A stretch of 64,000 nt of DNA, from contig OY761611.1 of assembly GCA_963664875.1 (NCBI GenBank), forward strand, positions 3,648,001-3,712,000, read 5' to 3'. Position numbers and translations under genes: made by a program. Positions 39,982 through 50,396 of this stretch are shown here, one piece after another (positions within the stretch are counted from its first letter, which is position 1; each line of letters begins with the position of its first letter). Source of the DNA: Candidatus Kapaibacterium sp. (GTDB taxonomy: Bacteria > Bacteroidota > Ignavibacteria > Kapaibacteriales > UBA2268). The notes beneath the pieces were generated by a model. The model was not told where the DNA came from. It ran no database searches and saw only the letters and a program-made list of their open reading frames with translations.

Positions 39982-40890
39982 ATGTTAAAAAAATTATGTT
40001 TATTCTTGATTTTTATGTTCTTTGCCTTAGATGCTTCTTCAGAATCAGTAGTTGAATTAAGATCAGGTACAGTGCTCGTAGGTGAGATAATTCAGGAAGA
40101 TAATCTCACACTCAAGCTCAAAACGAATGATCAGGTAGTTGTAACAATCGAAAAGGATAAGATTATCAAAATATCGAATGCTAAGCTGCTAATAATTACC
40201 AAAAACGGCAGTCGATATGTTGGTGAAATTATAGAAGAAAATGATTCGCTGATAAAGCTACGAACTGAAGACGATCTGATTATGGAAATACCAAAATCTC
40301 AAATACAGGATAAACTTTCTGCAACGACGTCCGATTTGAACCGACCGATGCCAAGCTATTATACTAACTCCAATCAACGCAGCGAATGGCCTTATAGCTA
40401 TAAGCAAAACAGCAATGCAAACGGAGGTTTATATTATATGCCTACCGACTACAATTTAGGGCACTACAATGCAGGAATTTCTCTTATACTTCCCGGAGGA
40501 GTAAATTTTGTTTTTGGTTATACTTCCAATGATGTAGGTTTCAGATTTCAGGGAGGTTACATTGGGGATATATATGGTTTGCAGGGCAATTTTTTGCTTA
40601 ATCTTTCCCAAACAAGAAACGTAGAAGTTAACCTCGGAATCTGTGGCGGTTTTACTCATCTCAGAGAAGAAATTACAAGGACTTACAGCAATTCTTATTA
40701 TTATGAAAAATATACTACCTTTATATACCCGACATACTCCTATGTTGGCTTGACTTTAGATGTTAATATTTATGGATTTTTTGTAGAAGCAGGTATTTCA
40801 GTAGGTGATGTCGATAATTACTTATCAGAAATTGAGTCTCCTCAAATATTATTTGCTATCGGCTATGTACACAGATTTAATAAGAGATGA
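39982..40890 (+). CDS. Secreted protein with two small N-terminal beta repeats and a C-terminal OM beta-barrel (paralog 2)
   Basis: Clear paralog of 38987-39853 (shared EKDKIIKI, EIPKSQI, QGN.L.NLSQ, YSY.GLTLD.NIYG). Confidence 0.7.
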   Translation: MLKKLCLFLIFMFFALDASSESVVELRSGTVLVGEIIQEDNLTLKLKTNDQVVVTIEKDKIIKISNAKLLIITKNGSRYVGEIIEENDSLIKLRTEDDLIMEIPKSQIQDKLSATTSDLNRPMPSYYTNSNQRSEWPYSYKQNSNANGGLYYMPTDYNLGHYNAGISLILPGGVNFVFGYTSNDVGFRFQGGYIGDIYGLQGNFLLNLSQTRNVEVNLGICGGFTHLREEITRTYSNSYYYEKYTTFIYPTYSYVGLTLDVNIYGFFVEAGISVGDVDNYLSEIESPQILFAIGYVHRFNKR

Positions 40891-41085
40891 GGCTGTCTCA
40901 TAAGTCAAAATTTGCAACATATTCTTGATGTTTGTAAGTTTTACCGACAGCTAAAGCAGTCGGTTGCACTTGTGTAACTCATTGCAACCGCATGCTTTAG
41001 CTTGCGGTAGAAGAAAATATAACGTTTGTTTTTCCTCTACTTTTACTAAAGAGTATGACAAAACTCAGACTTATGAGACAGCCCC
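40889..41085. mobile_element. MITE-like element with the same terminal repeats as 3871-4134 but different internal hairpins
   Basis: GAGGCTGTCTCATAAGTC ... GACTTATGAGACAGCCCC. Internal accgacagctaaagcagtcggt and aaccgcatgctttagcttgcggt. Confidence 0.78.
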
Positions 41086-41182
41086 GTCTGCATCTGAATT
41101 GCATTCTTATTTATGATTCGTAAGCAAATGTAGGCTTGATTTTCAGAGGGAAATGTTATGAAGGAAATACAGGAAATGTAAA

Positions 41183-41977
41183 ATGAAATATATCTCGATG
41201 ATTTGTGTGTTGTGCTTTTGTATTATAATAAATTTTATGGAAGCTAACTCCTATAACTATGATGAATTCAATTCTGAATACTCCCAGATATTAGAAGGTG
41301 AAGATTTTTGGTATTTAGCATATATAGATATTCCAACCTTGCCTATAGGTGAAACTAAGAGATTGGATATTTTAAGAAAAGACGAATATAGTCTTACATA
41401 TCAAGCTGATACGTCTTTAAGTTTAGAAGTCATTATTAGTCGTTATAATAAAGCATTGGATATAGCCAATATGTTTTTCCAAGCAGAGCCACAAATTATT
41501 TCTTGGCTAAAGGAACAAATTGAAGATTCGTCAAAAATTTCGCAACTTTTTGGTTTACATTCTAGACATAGAGAAGTTATTCCGATGCCGGAATATAGTA
41601 GTACCATGAGTCCCACTATAATTGAATGCTATTATGTTATTAAAAGCAAATATTCTGCCTTAGCATTCAGTATTAATTACTGTATAAATCAAGTTTTTAG
41701 TCCAAATGATATCAGGCTGATATTTTTATCTAAATATGAGGGTTTAGGTATAACATTAAATAAACTTATTGATCAGGAGTGGCAAAAATTTGAATCATTA
41801 TATGATAGGTATTTTGAAACTGATTTAAAGCAGTTTTATTTAGAAGTGACCAAAACTTTTGGTTATTTAGTTGACCCATATTTGGAGTCTAATGCTACCT
41901 ACACAATCAAAGAACCTTACAAATCAATGAATGACCCTGATCTGATCAAAATACAGGAATATTTTAATGAGAGGTAG
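41183..41977 (+). CDS. Exported hypothetical protein, probable immunity protein (family X)
   Basis: Signal peptide. C-terminus FGYLVDPYLESNA.YTIKEPYKSMNDP.LIKIQEY.NE is shared with 52096-52881. Confidence 0.65.
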   Translation: MKYISMICVLCFCIIINFMEANSYNYDEFNSEYSQILEGEDFWYLAYIDIPTLPIGETKRLDILRKDEYSLTYQADTSLSLEVIISRYNKALDIANMFFQAEPQIISWLKEQIEDSSKISQLFGLHSRHREVIPMPEYSSTMSPTIIECYYVIKSKYSALAFSINYCINQVFSPNDIRLIFLSKYEGLGITLNKLIDQEWQKFESLYDRYFETDLKQFYLEVTKTFGYLVDPYLESNATYTIKEPYKSMNDPDLIKIQEYFNER

Positions 41978-42114
41978 TGGAAAAGTTTAGCATTGTAATA
42001 TGGTGGGGCAAATATGGTGACAATAACGGGTCAATTTTCAGAGGGAAAGAACATAAACACTATTCCCAAGAATCATTTAGAATGTTTAAATAGAAGCACA
42101 GGAAATTTTTGATT

Positions 42115-42642
42115 ATGTTAAAACACACAAATTACATCATATTATTTTTCTGTTTTATTAGTATTGCCTATGCAGAAGGTCAACAGTCGAATATTTATAA
42201 TAATTTAACCAGTGTTTTTTTTGAAGTGAGAACTTCAAGAGGAGGTGTGTATTTTTCTGATTGCGAGGCACTAAGTATTACTTTCCTATCTGATACTACA
42301 TCGAACTTATATAGAGTGCTTATAAATTCAGATTCAGATAGTGGAATTATGCTGAATTTTGAGGAATTGATACAACTACAGAATGCTGTCGATAGTTGCA
42401 AAATTGAAATAGTTTCAAACAATTGCTATTACTTAGTATTTTCAGTAGTTTACAATTTATCAATATCGTGGAAAAGTGCTGTTTCATATATTTGTTTTCC
42501 TGAAGACTCTGACATATTTTATTCAATTCTGGAAGAAAACTGGTCAAAAGAGAAAATAGATAAACTTCGTTCTTTTATTAATAATGAACGAAAAAAAGCA
42601 GCAGGTCATCCTTCTATCTTACTAAAGGACAAAACCAAATGA
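42115..42642 (+). CDS. Exported hypothetical protein, probable immunity protein (family Y)
   Basis: Signal peptide; weak similarity to 53081-53623; ends KDKTK overlapping the repeated stub. Confidence 0.6.
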   Translation: MLKHTNYIILFFCFISIAYAEGQQSNIYNNLTSVFFEVRTSRGGVYFSDCEALSITFLSDTTSNLYRVLINSDSDSGIMLNFEELIQLQNAVDSCKIEIVSNNCYYLVFSVVYNLSISWKSAVSYICFPEDSDIFYSILEENWSKEKIDKLRSFINNERKKAAGHPSILLKDKTK

Positions 42643-42761
42643 AAAATAAACACAAAAAACTAGTCATAATGCTACTATTAGCATTGCTGCAAACCACGAG
42701 TTTGCTTGCCCCTGCCCGGAAAACAATATATAAACCGAGAAATGCCGCTTTAAAACACTAA
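42639..42761 (+). pseudogene. Signal-peptide stub MKNKHKKLVIMLLLALLQTTSLLA...
   Basis: 40-codon ORF with ATGA overlap; first ~75 nt recur at 48630, 49602 and 50689, and degenerately at 53105. Confidence 0.7.
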
Positions 42762-43155
42762 TATGTTCTTATCTTACTCATAGATTGGACTAACTCAGAT
42801 ACATTTCCTTTGTTCAATGATAAATATGAAAGATTTACTTACAAGCACAAATTGTATTTTACTCAGCCCAAATCAAAGCTAAAAGTATTTTAGAGTTTAA
42901 TTTCAAATTCCCCTTAAGCTTTTGTATAGGCGTGCTTATCGAATACTAAGCTGAAATATAAGACAATTTCACAATACCTATGCATATAATCCCTATATAT
43001 TTATATATTTGTATCAACTATCTTAGCCTAATGGCAAATCCCGATGCACAGATATACATAGTATGTATTTACTGCCTTAGCAGATAGCAATAGATTGAAT
43101 GCAAATCCTTGATTAGAATTTAAAAGTAAGAAATATAATAATATTGAGTAAAATT

Positions 43156-45336
43156 ATGGCAAAGACTAGTATCTACGAAAGAATAACTAACGATGTATTA
43201 GAAATACTTAGGCAATCTCCTTTGCCAATCAGAAGACATGAAATTGCAAAACTTATAGAAATGCCTGCAGAAAGTGAAGAGTATGATTTGCTTAGAGATG
43301 TTTTAGACGATCTCGAAGAGCAGGGTGTTATTGAAAAGTTTGCCCGAAGAAAATATGCCCTGAAATCTTATCAGGATAATTCTTCTATAAAAGGCATTTT
43401 GGTTATCGAACATAAAAAAGCGTATGTGGAAACTTCGGTGCCCGAATTTCCTGTTATCTCAGTAAAACAAGCCCATCTTAATACCGCTCTTTCCAGCGAC
43501 GAAGTGCTTGTAAAACTATTAGCTTTGAAGAAAAAAAAGAAACCTCAGGGCGAAATTATAGAAATTATTAACCGCAATCAGACTCAATTTGCTGGAACAA
43601 TTGAGTATGACGGATATTTCCATTTTGTTGTACCGGATGATGATACGATATATGTTGACTTTTTGGTTCCAAAAGATTTGCTGAAAAGTGCAGAACCGGG
43701 TGATAAAGTCAATGCCAGATTTGTCAGCTGGGAGCATTCTACTAAGTCGCCTCATGCCGAAGTAGTTGAAATTATTGGTAAAGCCGGCGAGGCAAAAGCT
43801 GAGTTTGACGCTATACTTACTGATTTTAATCTTCCGGAAAAATTCCCGGAAAAAGTGGTGAAAGAGGCAAGGGGTATGTCTTTGCCTGATGTTAATGTTA
43901 ACTACCCGGGCAGATTAGATGTAAGAGACGAGCTGATTATAACTATAGACCCTCATGATGCGAAAGATTTTGACGACGCACTGTCTCTGAAAATACTTGA
44001 AAACGGCAATTACTATCTCGGTGTGCACATAGCTGACGTGAGCTACTATGTGGAAGAAAATACTGATTTGGATATTGAGGCAAGGTTACGCGGTAACTCG
44101 ACTTATCTCGTGGATAGAGTCATCCCAATGTTGCCGGAAGAGCTTTCAAATGAATTATGCTCTCTGAAACCTAATGAGCCAAGATTTGCTTATTCGTGTT
44201 ATATGGAAATCACTCCTAACGCTCAGGTTGTTGATTACCAAATCACAGAAACTATAATCGACAGTAAAAGAAGGTACAATTACGACGAAGTACTTGAAAT
44301 TATCCAAAATGAGGAAGGCGACAATCTCGAGTTGATTTTGTCACTGCATAAGCTTTCAAGATTGCTTCGTGCCAAAAGGTTTCGTGAAGGTGGCATAGAA
44401 TTCGACACTATGGAGCTTCGCTACGTTTTAGACGACCACAAAAATCCGGTCGAAGTCAAAATGAAACGCTCAAATCATGCTACTCAGTTAGTAGAAGAAT
44501 GTATGCTTATAGCTAACAAAGTTGTAGCAACTCACATAGAAAAAGTTGCGTCAATGCAGAAACTGAAAAACGTTCCTTTTATTTATCGTGTGCATGACAA
44601 TCCTGACCCTACAAAGTTCCAGGATGCACTAAACTTTATCAAACAATTTGGTGTAAAAACCAAAAAGCAAAATCTTACTTCGCATGAGATAAACAAAATG
44701 CTCGAAGAAGTAAATGAAATGCCGGAAAAGGATATTATCCATTCTGTCTTGATTCGCTCTATGGCGAAAGCTGAATATTCTACTAAAAACATTGGCCACT
44801 ATGGTTTAGGTTTCAAGTACTATACACACTTTACTTCGCCTATCAGACGCTATTCAGATTTGATTGTACACCGTATGCTGAAAGAGTACCACAAAGGTCA
44901 GGTCGTTCCCGAAAGATTGAAATGGCTCAATATACTTATGAAAGATATTGCCAGTATCACTACCGACCGTGAGCGAGCTGCTATGGAAGCAGAAAGAGCT
45001 TCTAATAAAATCGCCGGTGCGATGATGATGGAACGACACATTGGCGAGGAATTCAACGGTATCATCACCGGAGTTACAAGTTTCGGGCTGTTTGTGCAGG
45101 TAGATGGCATCTATGCAGAAGGTCTTATACACATGAAAGATATGCACGACGATTATTACCTTTTCGAAGAGAAAAAAATGCGACTTGTCGGCAAAAGACA
45201 CAAAAAAGTGCTACACATGGGTAAAAGAATTCGTGTGAAAGTAATAAAAGTCGTAATTGAAAAACGTGCAGTTGACTTCGCTCTTGTTGATGACAAGCCT
45301 TACGAAATTGATATGATCGATAATGTGGAGTTATAA
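43156..45336 (+). CDS. rnr: Ribonuclease R
   Basis: TIDPHDAKDFDDA, HIADV, HFTSPIRRY motifs and a C-terminal S1 domain. Confidence 0.96.
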   Translation: MAKTSIYERITNDVLEILRQSPLPIRRHEIAKLIEMPAESEEYDLLRDVLDDLEEQGVIEKFARRKYALKSYQDNSSIKGILVIEHKKAYVETSVPEFPVISVKQAHLNTALSSDEVLVKLLALKKKKKPQGEIIEIINRNQTQFAGTIEYDGYFHFVVPDDDTIYVDFLVPKDLLKSAEPGDKVNARFVSWEHSTKSPHAEVVEIIGKAGEAKAEFDAILTDFNLPEKFPEKVVKEARGMSLPDVNVNYPGRLDVRDELIITIDPHDAKDFDDALSLKILENGNYYLGVHIADVSYYVEENTDLDIEARLRGNSTYLVDRVIPMLPEELSNELCSLKPNEPRFAYSCYMEITPNAQVVDYQITETIIDSKRRYNYDEVLEIIQNEEGDNLELILSLHKLSRLLRAKRFREGGIEFDTMELRYVLDDHKNPVEVKMKRSNHATQLVEECMLIANKVVATHIEKVASMQKLKNVPFIYRVHDNPDPTKFQDALNFIKQFGVKTKKQNLTSHEINKMLEEVNEMPEKDIIHSVLIRSMAKAEYSTKNIGHYGLGFKYYTHFTSPIRRYSDLIVHRMLKEYHKGQVVPERLKWLNILMKDIASITTDRERAAMEAERASNKIAGAMMMERHIGEEFNGIITGVTSFGLFVQVDGIYAEGLIHMKDMHDDYYLFEEKKMRLVGKRHKKVLHMGKRIRVKVIKVVIEKRAVDFALVDDKPYEIDMIDNVEL

Positions 45337-45340
45337 CAAA

Positions 45341-45973
45341 ATGTTTACCGGACTAATCGAAGAAATAGGCGAAATAAGTGCTGTCAGACCTATTGGTGCG
45401 GGTAAGCGAATTACTGTGAAAGCATCAAAAATTATGGATGACCTCAAAATAGATGATTCTGTGGCTCTTAATGGTGCCTGTCAGACAGTTGTAGCAGTAT
45501 CTGCCAATCATTTCGAAGTCGAAGCAGTAGAAGAAACTTTAAGAAAAAGCACGCTCGGGCAGTTTCGCCCGGGCATGCATATTAATCTCGAAAGAGCTGC
45601 GAAACTCGGTGACAGAATGGGAGGACATCTTGTGCAGGGGCATGTCGATACTATCGGCACGGTTGCAAATATTCAGAAAGAAAGTGCCGGCATTTTGGTT
45701 TGGGTGTCCTATCCGCCGGAATTTGATAAATATCTTATTCCGACCGGTTCTGTAACTATCGACGGTATTAGTCTTACTTCTGCAAGGGTGGAATCTTATA
45801 GATTTATGGTGTCGGTGATTCCGCATACTTGGAAAGTTACAAATCTGAATAATATCAGAATCGGCTCTTATGTCAATCTTGAATTTGACGTTGTTGGCAA
45901 ATATATTGAAAAAATGCTCAAATCGGGCAAATCATCCGGTTTGGAGCAATATATAGATCAACCTTTGTATTAG
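45341..45973 (+). CDS. ribE: Riboflavin synthase (alpha chain)
   Basis: MFTGLIEE N-terminus, NLERA, GGHLVQGHVD and VNLEFD motifs. Confidence 0.95.
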   Translation: MFTGLIEEIGEISAVRPIGAGKRITVKASKIMDDLKIDDSVALNGACQTVVAVSANHFEVEAVEETLRKSTLGQFRPGMHINLERAAKLGDRMGGHLVQGHVDTIGTVANIQKESAGILVWVSYPPEFDKYLIPTGSVTIDGISLTSARVESYRFMVSVIPHTWKVTNLNNIRIGSYVNLEFDVVGKYIEKMLKSGKSSGLEQYIDQPLY

Positions 45974-46036
45974 ATTGGATAATCACTTAAACACTTTTTT
46001 TATGGCATTTAATGAGAACAGCAATTTAGGAAATAG

Positions 46037-47668
46037 ATGATTCGACATTATTTTACTTTAAAACAAATAGCAGAGTCTCTGCAGTTTCTTATTGGCTTTC
46101 AGGTAACGGAATGCTTCACTCAGGAAAAGGAAACTCTCTCCTTAGTGCTGAGCAGCGGAAGCAGAGAGGAAATGCTGCATTTTTCCGCTGATCCGAAATT
46201 TTGCAGCTTTTACCTAAGACACAATTTTGCCCGTGCAGGTAAGAACACCACAGATTTGATGCCGGATTTGCTCGGAGAATATCTACAAAGTATTCAGGTT
46301 AAAGAAAAGGACAGAGTAATAATATTAGATTTTGTTGCTGTGCGTGCTTACGTTTTGCTTTATGGCGCTGCAGAAAGTAATTTTATTCTTAGCTCAAAGC
46401 CAAATGACATAGTAATCGATTCGCTCAGCAAACGAAAGGCACTTGAGGGACAAAAAATCAAATTGAAACCGACTTATAATAAAAGTTTACTAAGCTTTCC
46501 GGGCGATGCCAAGTTACGCGATGCTTTAGCCAAATCTGATTTGCTTTTAGGGAAAGACTATGCCGAAGAGTTTTTACTTGCTCAAAATATCGACACAAAA
46601 GCTCTATTGCAGGATTTTTCTGAGGTGGACATATCTTTGCTGCTCGAAAAGGTAAATCTATTTACAGAGCAAATATGTACCTCAAAAGAGTATCTGATTT
46701 ACAGGAAAGATGACGATAGTCTTATGATGAGTCTTATTCCGCTGCAAAAATATGGCGAGCCTGAGCAAATAACAGATAATCTGCATAAAGCTATCCAAAT
46801 TCGACTTAGCTACGAAAAGAAAGAAGATACTTTTGCCAAGGATTTTAAAGAAGTTGAAAATAAATTGGAATCCAAAATATCAAAAATTGTCAGAAATATT
46901 GGATTTGCTTCTGATTTTTCTAAAACTGAGGAAAAGATAAGTAATTACACACTTTGGGGCGAAATACTCCTTTCTCAGCCAAATCCTAAGTTGAAACCCG
47001 GAAAAGAAATCAGTCTTTCTGATTGGAGCGGCAATCAGATAATTATTCCTCTCGATGAGAAGCTCGATTTGATGCAAAATGCACATATCTTTTACGAAAA
47101 GTCCAAAAAGTCAAAACAGGAGCTTATATTCAGAAAGCTCCGAATTCCAAAAATGCAGGAAGAATTGGACTCACTCAATCAAATAAAAAAAGAGCTTGAC
47201 AGCATTCATGATATTAAAGAATTGAATAAATTTGTAAACAGAAACACTAAGGTTTTAGGAATAAAGAAACAGGGCAACAAGACATTGGATGCAAGCGAAA
47301 AATATAAAGTGTTTGACTTGGGAGATGGTTTTACTCTCTATGTTGGTAAAAATGCTGCCAACAATGACGAACTTACCATGAAGTTTGCTAAAGCAAATGA
47401 TTTGTGGTTTCACGTTCGGGGCATTAGCGGTTCGCACGCTGTGATTAGAATAGAAAAAGGTCAGAAACCCGGTAAACATATTATCGAAAAAGCTGCGGCT
47501 ATTACTGCTTATTACTCAAAAATGCGAAATGCAGGACTCACACCCGTAGCTTACACAGAAAAAAAATATGTAAGAAAGCCCAAAGGTGCCAATCCCGGCC
47601 AAGTGCTTATTACAAAAGAAAAAGTAGTGCAGGTAGTCCCCGCATTGCCAGACGGATATACAGAATAA
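46037..47668 (+). CDS. rqcH: NFACT/RqcH (FbpA-like) ribosome quality-control protein
   Basis: DRVI N-terminal motif; VGKNAANNDELT, DLWFHVRG.SGSH, AYYSK and KPKGA.PG NFACT-R motifs. Confidence 0.85.
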   Translation: MIRHYFTLKQIAESLQFLIGFQVTECFTQEKETLSLVLSSGSREEMLHFSADPKFCSFYLRHNFARAGKNTTDLMPDLLGEYLQSIQVKEKDRVIILDFVAVRAYVLLYGAAESNFILSSKPNDIVIDSLSKRKALEGQKIKLKPTYNKSLLSFPGDAKLRDALAKSDLLLGKDYAEEFLLAQNIDTKALLQDFSEVDISLLLEKVNLFTEQICTSKEYLIYRKDDDSLMMSLIPLQKYGEPEQITDNLHKAIQIRLSYEKKEDTFAKDFKEVENKLESKISKIVRNIGFASDFSKTEEKISNYTLWGEILLSQPNPKLKPGKEISLSDWSGNQIIIPLDEKLDLMQNAHIFYEKSKKSKQELIFRKLRIPKMQEELDSLNQIKKELDSIHDIKELNKFVNRNTKVLGIKKQGNKTLDASEKYKVFDLGDGFTLYVGKNAANNDELTMKFAKANDLWFHVRGISGSHAVIRIEKGQKPGKHIIEKAAAITAYYSKMRNAGLTPVAYTEKKYVRKPKGANPGQVLITKEKVVQVVPALPDGYTE

Positions 47669-47682
47669 AGGAGTTCAGCCTG

Positions 47683-48513
47683 ATGAATAAGCTAATTGTT
47701 ATTTTGATTGTGTTTGCGATTACTGCAGTAACTGCGGCTAATCTCTCAAACAAACTAAAAATAGAAAAAAACTCGAACTATAAGTACTATATCGTAAATG
47801 ATTCTAAACATTTGCTTAGGACGAGCGACGGCACTTTGGACGAGTTTGACACTATTGCATCTGCAGAGAGCTTTTATGCAGACCTGCTTTTTAGCGAGGT
47901 TGGGGGAGATCGGCTTATAGCTCTTGTTGCTCTTTCCAACGTGAGTACATACGAGAAAGACCCCTCGAAAGGGATGGAAATTAAGTCCAAGAATGATTTA
48001 GTAGATTTGGACGAAGTTGGTGGGGAAATCTCTATTGCGGCTAATGGGGCAGATGCAAAAATCGAATCCTTGGATAACGTAAACTCTTTATCCTATCTGA
48101 TTTTGCCGGATATAATGCAGTACCTCACCGAGCTTGCTCTGCCACTGCCTACTTACGAATCAGAGGCAGGTGCTGAGTGGTTTGCCGATAAGACAGAGAT
48201 TCAAAAATATGATTTTGCAAGTTTGGAATCGCATCACAAAATAAGATATAAACTTACTGCTTTCAAAGAGTACAAAGGTTACCAATGTGCTGAAATAGAC
48301 TTTGAGACTGTTACAAATGACTATACCTCGAAGTTTGCAGTCTCTGCATTTAAAAGCAAAATCATGGGCAAAGCTTTGATCGAAGCTGCAACCGGTGTGG
48401 TAGTCAATCTTCAGATTTCGACAGACTTTACTCTGATTGCGGATAATAATGGTTTGAATTACAACACAGAAACTTCGTCATTTACAGAAATTTCTCTGCG
48501 TTCGAGAGAATAA
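47683..48513 (+). CDS. Secreted hypothetical protein
   Basis: AAGGAG RBS, signal peptide, beta-rich; apparently co-transcribed with rqcH. Confidence 0.65.
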   Translation: MNKLIVILIVFAITAVTAANLSNKLKIEKNSNYKYYIVNDSKHLLRTSDGTLDEFDTIASAESFYADLLFSEVGGDRLIALVALSNVSTYEKDPSKGMEIKSKNDLVDLDEVGGEISIAANGADAKIESLDNVNSLSYLILPDIMQYLTELALPLPTYESEAGAEWFADKTEIQKYDFASLESHHKIRYKLTAFKEYKGYQCAEIDFETVTNDYTSKFAVSAFKSKIMGKALIEAATGVVVNLQISTDFTLIADNNGLNYNTETSSFTEISLRSRE

Positions 48514-48567
48514 AAAGAGGGTCTATTCTGCTTCTCTTATTCAAGTTTGAGAGAGGCAGATAGTTTT

Positions 48568-48630
48568 AACTCGAAGTTTGCAGCAATGCTAATAGTCGCA
48601 TTATAACTATTTTTTGTTTTTATTTTGCAT
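48568..48630 (-). pseudogene. Frameshifted copy of the signal-peptide stub
   Basis: atgcaaaataaaaacaaaaaatagttataatgcgactattagcattgctgcaaacttcgagtt; one base shorter than the other copies. Confidence 0.7.
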
Positions 48631-49429
48631 TTGGTGATGTTGATTTAGGTTCTCTCAAAAATGTAATTCCTTCTACAGTGTACTCAGGAGAAAGATAAAT
48701 ATCTGGGCATACAAAATCTAAATGCTTTGATAAGAATCCCTTAAATGTTTTTTCTGTTCTATTGTCAATTAATTCTATAATGCCATTATCAATATTATAT
48801 TTTCCAAAATACATTAACCTACCTTTAAAATAAATGGTAAAAGTATTGAAGGTTTCAAATATTATTTCATAGTCTTTCAATAAGAACTGATATCTATCTA
48901 GAGATTTTAAAATAGAAATATCATCTATTTTAGATTGCTTATTTGCTTCATAAATTTGTACCATGTTACTATCAATATTTTTACAAATTTTGTAATATTC
49001 TTCTAGTTTATCGGCATCTCCTAAAAATGTTACAAATCGGCCTGTATCATCAATTACATCTATGCTATAGTTATTATCTGACACCAGCGAATCAAGATAC
49101 ACCCAGTTTGATTTAAGCAAAATATTGCCGTCATTTTTTTTGTAACATTCAAACTTTATCTTGTTAAAAGCATCTGAGAGAACACAATTCCCATTATGAT
49201 ATGCTACTTTTCCAGCTAGTAAGGGAAAATAAAATATATGTGACGATCCTTCATGAATATTTTGATAATACATAAGAAATGTTTCATCAGAGTATATTTT
49301 CAAAGTTATCTGTGCTGAGTAGATTTGTTTGTTGAATGTATATATACTATGAGTATTAGTATTAGTTTTAGTACTAACAATATTTGCTGAAGAAGTTATC
49401 ATAGCAAATAGAATCAATATGAATTTCAA
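48620..49429 (-). CDS. Exported protein with an internally duplicated beta domain, probable immunity protein (family Z)
   Basis: Signal peptide; LLAGKV....L.D / YFGKY....I.L.D duplication; paralog of 49599-50396. Confidence 0.6.
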   Translation of the reverse strand: MKFILILFAMITSSANIVSTKTNTNTHSIYTFNKQIYSAQITLKIYSDETFLMYYQNIHEGSSHIFYFPLLAGKVAYHNGNCVLSDAFNKIKFECYKKNDGNILLKSNWVYLDSLVSDNNYSIDVIDDTGRFVTFLGDADKLEEYYKICKNIDSNMVQIYEANKQSKIDDISILKSLDRYQFLLKDYEIIFETFNTFTIYFKGRLMYFGKYNIDNGIIELIDNRTEKTFKGFLSKHLDFVCPDIYLSPEYTVEGITFLREPKSTSPNAK

Positions 49430-49440
49430 AATGATTTACC

Positions 49441-49602
49441 TTATTTTAATGGGTCAAAATTATATTCACACTCAATTTGTACGGGGATGTGTTTGAAATT
49501 AGCCTCATACCTGAAAGTTATCGTGTGCTGCGCAAGCAAACTCGAAGTTTGCAGCAATGCTAATAGTAGCATTATGACTAGTTTGTTGTGTTTATTTTTC
49601 AT
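49441..49602 (-). pseudogene. 53-aa mini-ORF: repeated signal peptide fused to a short C-terminal tip
   Basis: MKNKHNKLVIMLLLALLQTSSLLAQHTITFRY-EANFKHIPVQIECEYNFDPLK*; below the ORF-track cutoff. Confidence 0.7.
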
Positions 49603-50396
49603 TTGGTTGTGTCCTTAGGTTCAAATTCAAAAAGACTATTCTCTATTCCACATGGCAGAAAAAATGGTAATTTTGGTATATACAAAGTTCTATTATCCTT
49701 AACTTTCCCTTCGAAATGTACTCCATAAAATGACAATGTCAAAAGGCCATTTTCAAGTCTGTAGGTTCCTTCTAATAAAGGTGTATTGTTTACAGAATAA
49801 GTACAACTACCATCATCAACAAAATCTAAATAGAACATATTGTTCTTATTTAAATTGCTATATGGTGTGTAATGAGGTAATGAAGTCGCAACATATCTTC
49901 CAACTTCAATATCATTTTGCTCATTATCAAACGCTAAATGAGCGTAAGAAAGTTTTGTCGCCTTAAGACATTCAAAAAATAGTGGAAAATTACCAAGATC
50001 TTCCGGTAAAAACTCTGGGTCATTTTCCATGAACCATACTTTATCCATTGTTTTGTTTTTTAGAAAGATAGGAGCATCAATAAATACCATTTTGTCATCC
50101 ACCAAAGTAGCTGTATAATTGAACCCATAAATATCATCATGAAAGGATATTTCATTATCTTTCCTTTTATATTTCCCTTTGGCAAGTAGTATTTCTCCCA
50201 AATCAATATCAGACTGAATTGGATTAGTTAAAGTCATCATATAAGCATCCCCCACAATATTCAAATGTATATTTTTGTAATAATTAAATGTATTACTATT
50301 GTAACATAATATTGTATGAATCCTGTCATTTGGAATGTCAGATAACTGCAATTTAAAAACTCCAAGAATTACTAATAGCATTAACATCATTACCAT
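49599..50396 (-). CDS. Exported protein with an internally duplicated beta domain, probable immunity protein (family Z)
   Basis: LLAKGKY....I.F.D / LLEGTY....L.L duplication; overlaps the stop of the upstream toxin-tip ORF. Confidence 0.6.
   Translation of the reverse strand: MVMMLMLLVILGVFKLQLSDIPNDRIHTILCYNSNTFNYYKNIHLNIVGDAYMMTLTNPIQSDIDLGEILLAKGKYKRKDNEISFHDDIYGFNYTATLVDDKMVFIDAPIFLKNKTMDKVWFMENDPEFLPEDLGNFPLFFECLKATKLSYAHLAFDNEQNDIEVGRYVATSLPHYTPYSNLNKNNMFYLDFVDDGSCTYSVNNTPLLEGTYRLENGLLTLSFYGVHFEGKVKDNRTLYIPKLPFFLPCGIENSLFEFEPKDTTK

Noticed and set aside
42762-43155. FMN riboswitch ahead of the rnr-ribE operon
   Set aside because: The conserved RFN sequence motifs are not present.
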